Positions 61,725 through 64,000 of a stretch of 64,000 nucleotides of DNA are shown here, piece by piece. The notes under the pieces are model-generated. The model did no database searches, was not told where the DNA came from, and worked only from the letters and a program-made list of their open reading frames with translations. Positions within the stretch are counted from its first letter, which is position 1. The number at the start of each line of letters is the position of its first letter. The stretch is from Azolla caroliniana (Eukaryota; Plantae; Polypodiophyta), in contig JBHGNT010000002.1 in assembly GCA_043228905.1 (NCBI GenBank), positions 17,856,001 through 17,920,000 on the forward strand, in the 5' to 3' direction. The translations under genes and the position numbers were made by a program.

Positions 61725-63139
61725 ACACATCGGTTGTATGCCGATTGAAAAAGTCTCTCTATGGACTCAAGCAAGTGTCGCGCGCTTGGAACAAGAAGAT
61801 CACGTAGAGGTTACGTCGGATGGGGTTTGCTTCGTCGAAATCAGACTCTTCTCTCTTCATCCCACAAGGTCTGAACGAGTCGGTGACCATATTGCTCTAT
61901 GTGGATGATCTTGTCATCGTCGACGCCGACCTGGACGAAATCGGTTGTGTCAAATCCCAACTTTCGGCATCATTCGAGATGAAGGATCTTGGGGACCTTC
62001 ATTAGTTCCTCAGGATCAAAGTGATCCGCACCCCGGAAGGCATCCTGTGTTGAAACACCGGGTCATTTAGAATAGGTAATATGTCGCATTCCTTTATTGA
62101 TAAATACATGAGATGTCAAGAATTACAATTTTTTAACAAACTTTCAAGAATGTATCACGCATGCGCACATGACTTTTAAAAACATCAATAAAAAACACAG
62201 TTAATATTATCAAGATTTCAAATTTAACCTATATTTTCTCAATTCATACACATATTTAGCCAAACATTCGCTTGGATTATGAGAATGCTTTCAACTATCA
62301 TTGTAATATGCTTCATTTTACATAATGTTGAATTTGAATCCAATTGAACAATTTTAGAAACACAATTTTAATTCTATATTTCTCTCTAACTCCTATAAAG
62401 CTTGTTATATTAAATGAGCAAAGTGCATTTTTGGGTATAATTAGACACATATTCACAAGTGAATATCACATTATATACCTCACATGCCCAACAACTTCTA
62501 CGGACATTATATCCCAATCATATATGAACAACCTAAATGTAAGATCAAGTGAGCAACAACGTTGACTTAATATTTTTCTGTACACTCGAAATTAAATAAC
62601 TAAGATTAAAGAGCTAAAAAATGCTAGAATAAAACTAAATTCAATTATATTAATAAAGAAACAATTATAACCAACATTTGTCATACAATCGATAAGTTCA
62701 TCACCATCTATTCAATAAAAATTACACTTAACAACCACATACTTTGTGAGTCAACCAATACAAATATATGATAGACACTTAAAGTTTGCAAACCAATCAG
62801 ATAGTGTAAAGAAATGGTACTCAAACAAAATAATCTTATATTCCACAACAAGTTTAGTGTTACAATTTTATAGTTACAAATACAAACTAATATACAATCA
62901 CTCGATTAGGATGTTTGGAACAAGCTGCTCTCCAAGATCAGCTGATAGTGGTGCTGCATGAACATCTTTTGTCCCCTTAGCTGAATCTTGTATATGATCA
63001 GAACTTGATGCATCTTCAAGGTCGAGAAGGCGCCTCCTTTCTCGTCTATAGGTTCCATTGGCTCTCTAGAGGTCATCTGAAACATCTCTATTTCATTGAT
63101 ATGCTTTGCCCCAACCTCTTGGTCTTGGTCGAGACAATC

Positions 63140-63243
63140 CTAGATGCCTTGGATCCTCATCTTAATAAAATTTTCTTGGTCGGGGTCCTTTTTTAATGCG
63201 ACGTAGTTCCTGAACAGTTTAAGAGCACATGCAGTCATCGTTC
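63140..63243 (-). pseudogene. Amino-DNA methyltransferase, last visible exon (after motif I)
   Basis: TTTAG acceptor; (G)TMTACALKLFRNYVALKKDPDQENFIKMRI matches the GTT..AA..LGR..IG.E.D...I..RI pattern. TAG at 63140 may be premature. Confidence 0.75.
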
Positions 63244-63334
63244 CTAAATAAACAATCACACATATAAAAGTAAGAAAAGAAGACAAGAAATAATATTTCA
63301 TTTTAAAAAACATTGATGAAACTTAATAGATTAC

Positions 63335-63624
63335 CTGTTCCAGAAAATAAGCCAAGAACCCAATCATCAAGGTTCGAGAACAACTCGACCAATCGATTAA
63401 TCAATCATTGGGGCTTTTGATAAGGGGTTACTAGACTCTTATCTCTAGGCACGTGGCGCAATTTCTTCGTTACAGTTGGGCACATGATATAGTTGACAAG
63501 GTTTCGCTCATTAACATGTGCCCAAGCCTTCTTCTCAGGAATTGCGTCGTAGTGGCCCACGCACATGTGCTCCACAATGCTCACCATTCGATCACCCAGG
63601 GTACGAGTTATGTTCGTTTTAACC
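63335..63624 (-). pseudogene. Amino-DNA methyltransferase exon with motifs X and I
   Basis: W-VKTN..., PYQKPQ*LINRLVELFSNLDDWVLGLFSGT(G). GT-AG introns of 90 and 91 bp on either side keep the frame. In-frame TGA at 63405. Confidence 0.82.
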
Positions 63625-63714
63625 CTATTCTATAATTGAATCGAAACAAGTTAATAAACATGTAGTAAGCAACAAGGAATCCATACATTAAATATATAGT
63701 AACATAATGCTTAC

Positions 63715-63990
63715 CAATGCATATGTTCGGTGGCATGGTATCTCGACTTCAATGCAGTCGTGACCAATAACAACTGACCCATACTATGAAATATAACAAT
63801 AGGCCATAATGGTGCCAGGGTCAGCTCCGCAAAGTCCTTAACCATCTTCACTATTTGCGGATATTTGTATGGCACATCGTCGTATGTTGAGCTTGATATT
63901 CTGAAGCCATACGGTATATCCGCCACGAGCAATGTATAATGTCTCTTGGGTAATATGTCAAGCATATTACCCACATCACCATTATATACA
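63715..63990 (-). pseudogene. Amino-DNA methyltransferase exon with catalytic motif IV; gene likely continues beyond the window
   Basis: VYNGDVGNMLDILPKRHYTLLVADIPYG resembles IYxGDxLxxL...LIxxDPPY. TATAG acceptor at 63991, GTAAGC donor. Confidence 0.82.
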
Positions 63991-64000
63991 CTATAATACA

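Larger units (their letters stand above)
37663..62047 (+). mobile_element. Degenerate Ty1/Copia host element E, split by four nested insertions and truncated in RT
   Basis: LTR end at 38101 followed by PBS TGGTATCAGAG. gag 38200-38383 resumes at 44406 (CWYCGQKGH, WYVDSGASNHM, CEACQLGKQ); integrase 48632-49148; RT 54857-55342 and 61725-62047 (LLYVDD). 5' boundary approximate. Confidence 0.85.

Overview
Eukaryotic nuclear DNA, most likely from a seed-free land plant (bryophyte, lycophyte or fern; inferred from the element lineages). It holds one intact host gene, a 4-exon clade-A-type PP2C on the minus strand (17244-12768), in a retrotransposon-rich landscape. The left end is an RTE/RTEX-like LINE split by a chromodomain-bearing Tcn1-like Ty3/Gypsy element (2324-8150). 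From about 31.7 to 62 kb is a deep nest: a degenerate Copia host carries a second Copia, a tRNA-Trp-primed Gypsy derivative, a fully intact Copia with apparently identical LTRs (49149-54534) and a second chromovirus, plus solo LTRs and a LINE inserted in an LTR microsatellite. The most notable finding is at the right edge: a spliced, pseudogenised, prokaryote-type beta-class amino (N4C/N6A) DNA methyltransferase gene (63990-63140, minus strand). Other signals are antisense tRNA-like Pol III A/B boxes in four LTR families, covarying self-priming PBS-LTR pairing, a conserved -1 frameshift signal, (TC)n-associated LINEs sharing a 3' hairpin, and a double-headed tRNA-like short element on both sides of the PP2C gene. 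All calls are by eye; no database search was possible.
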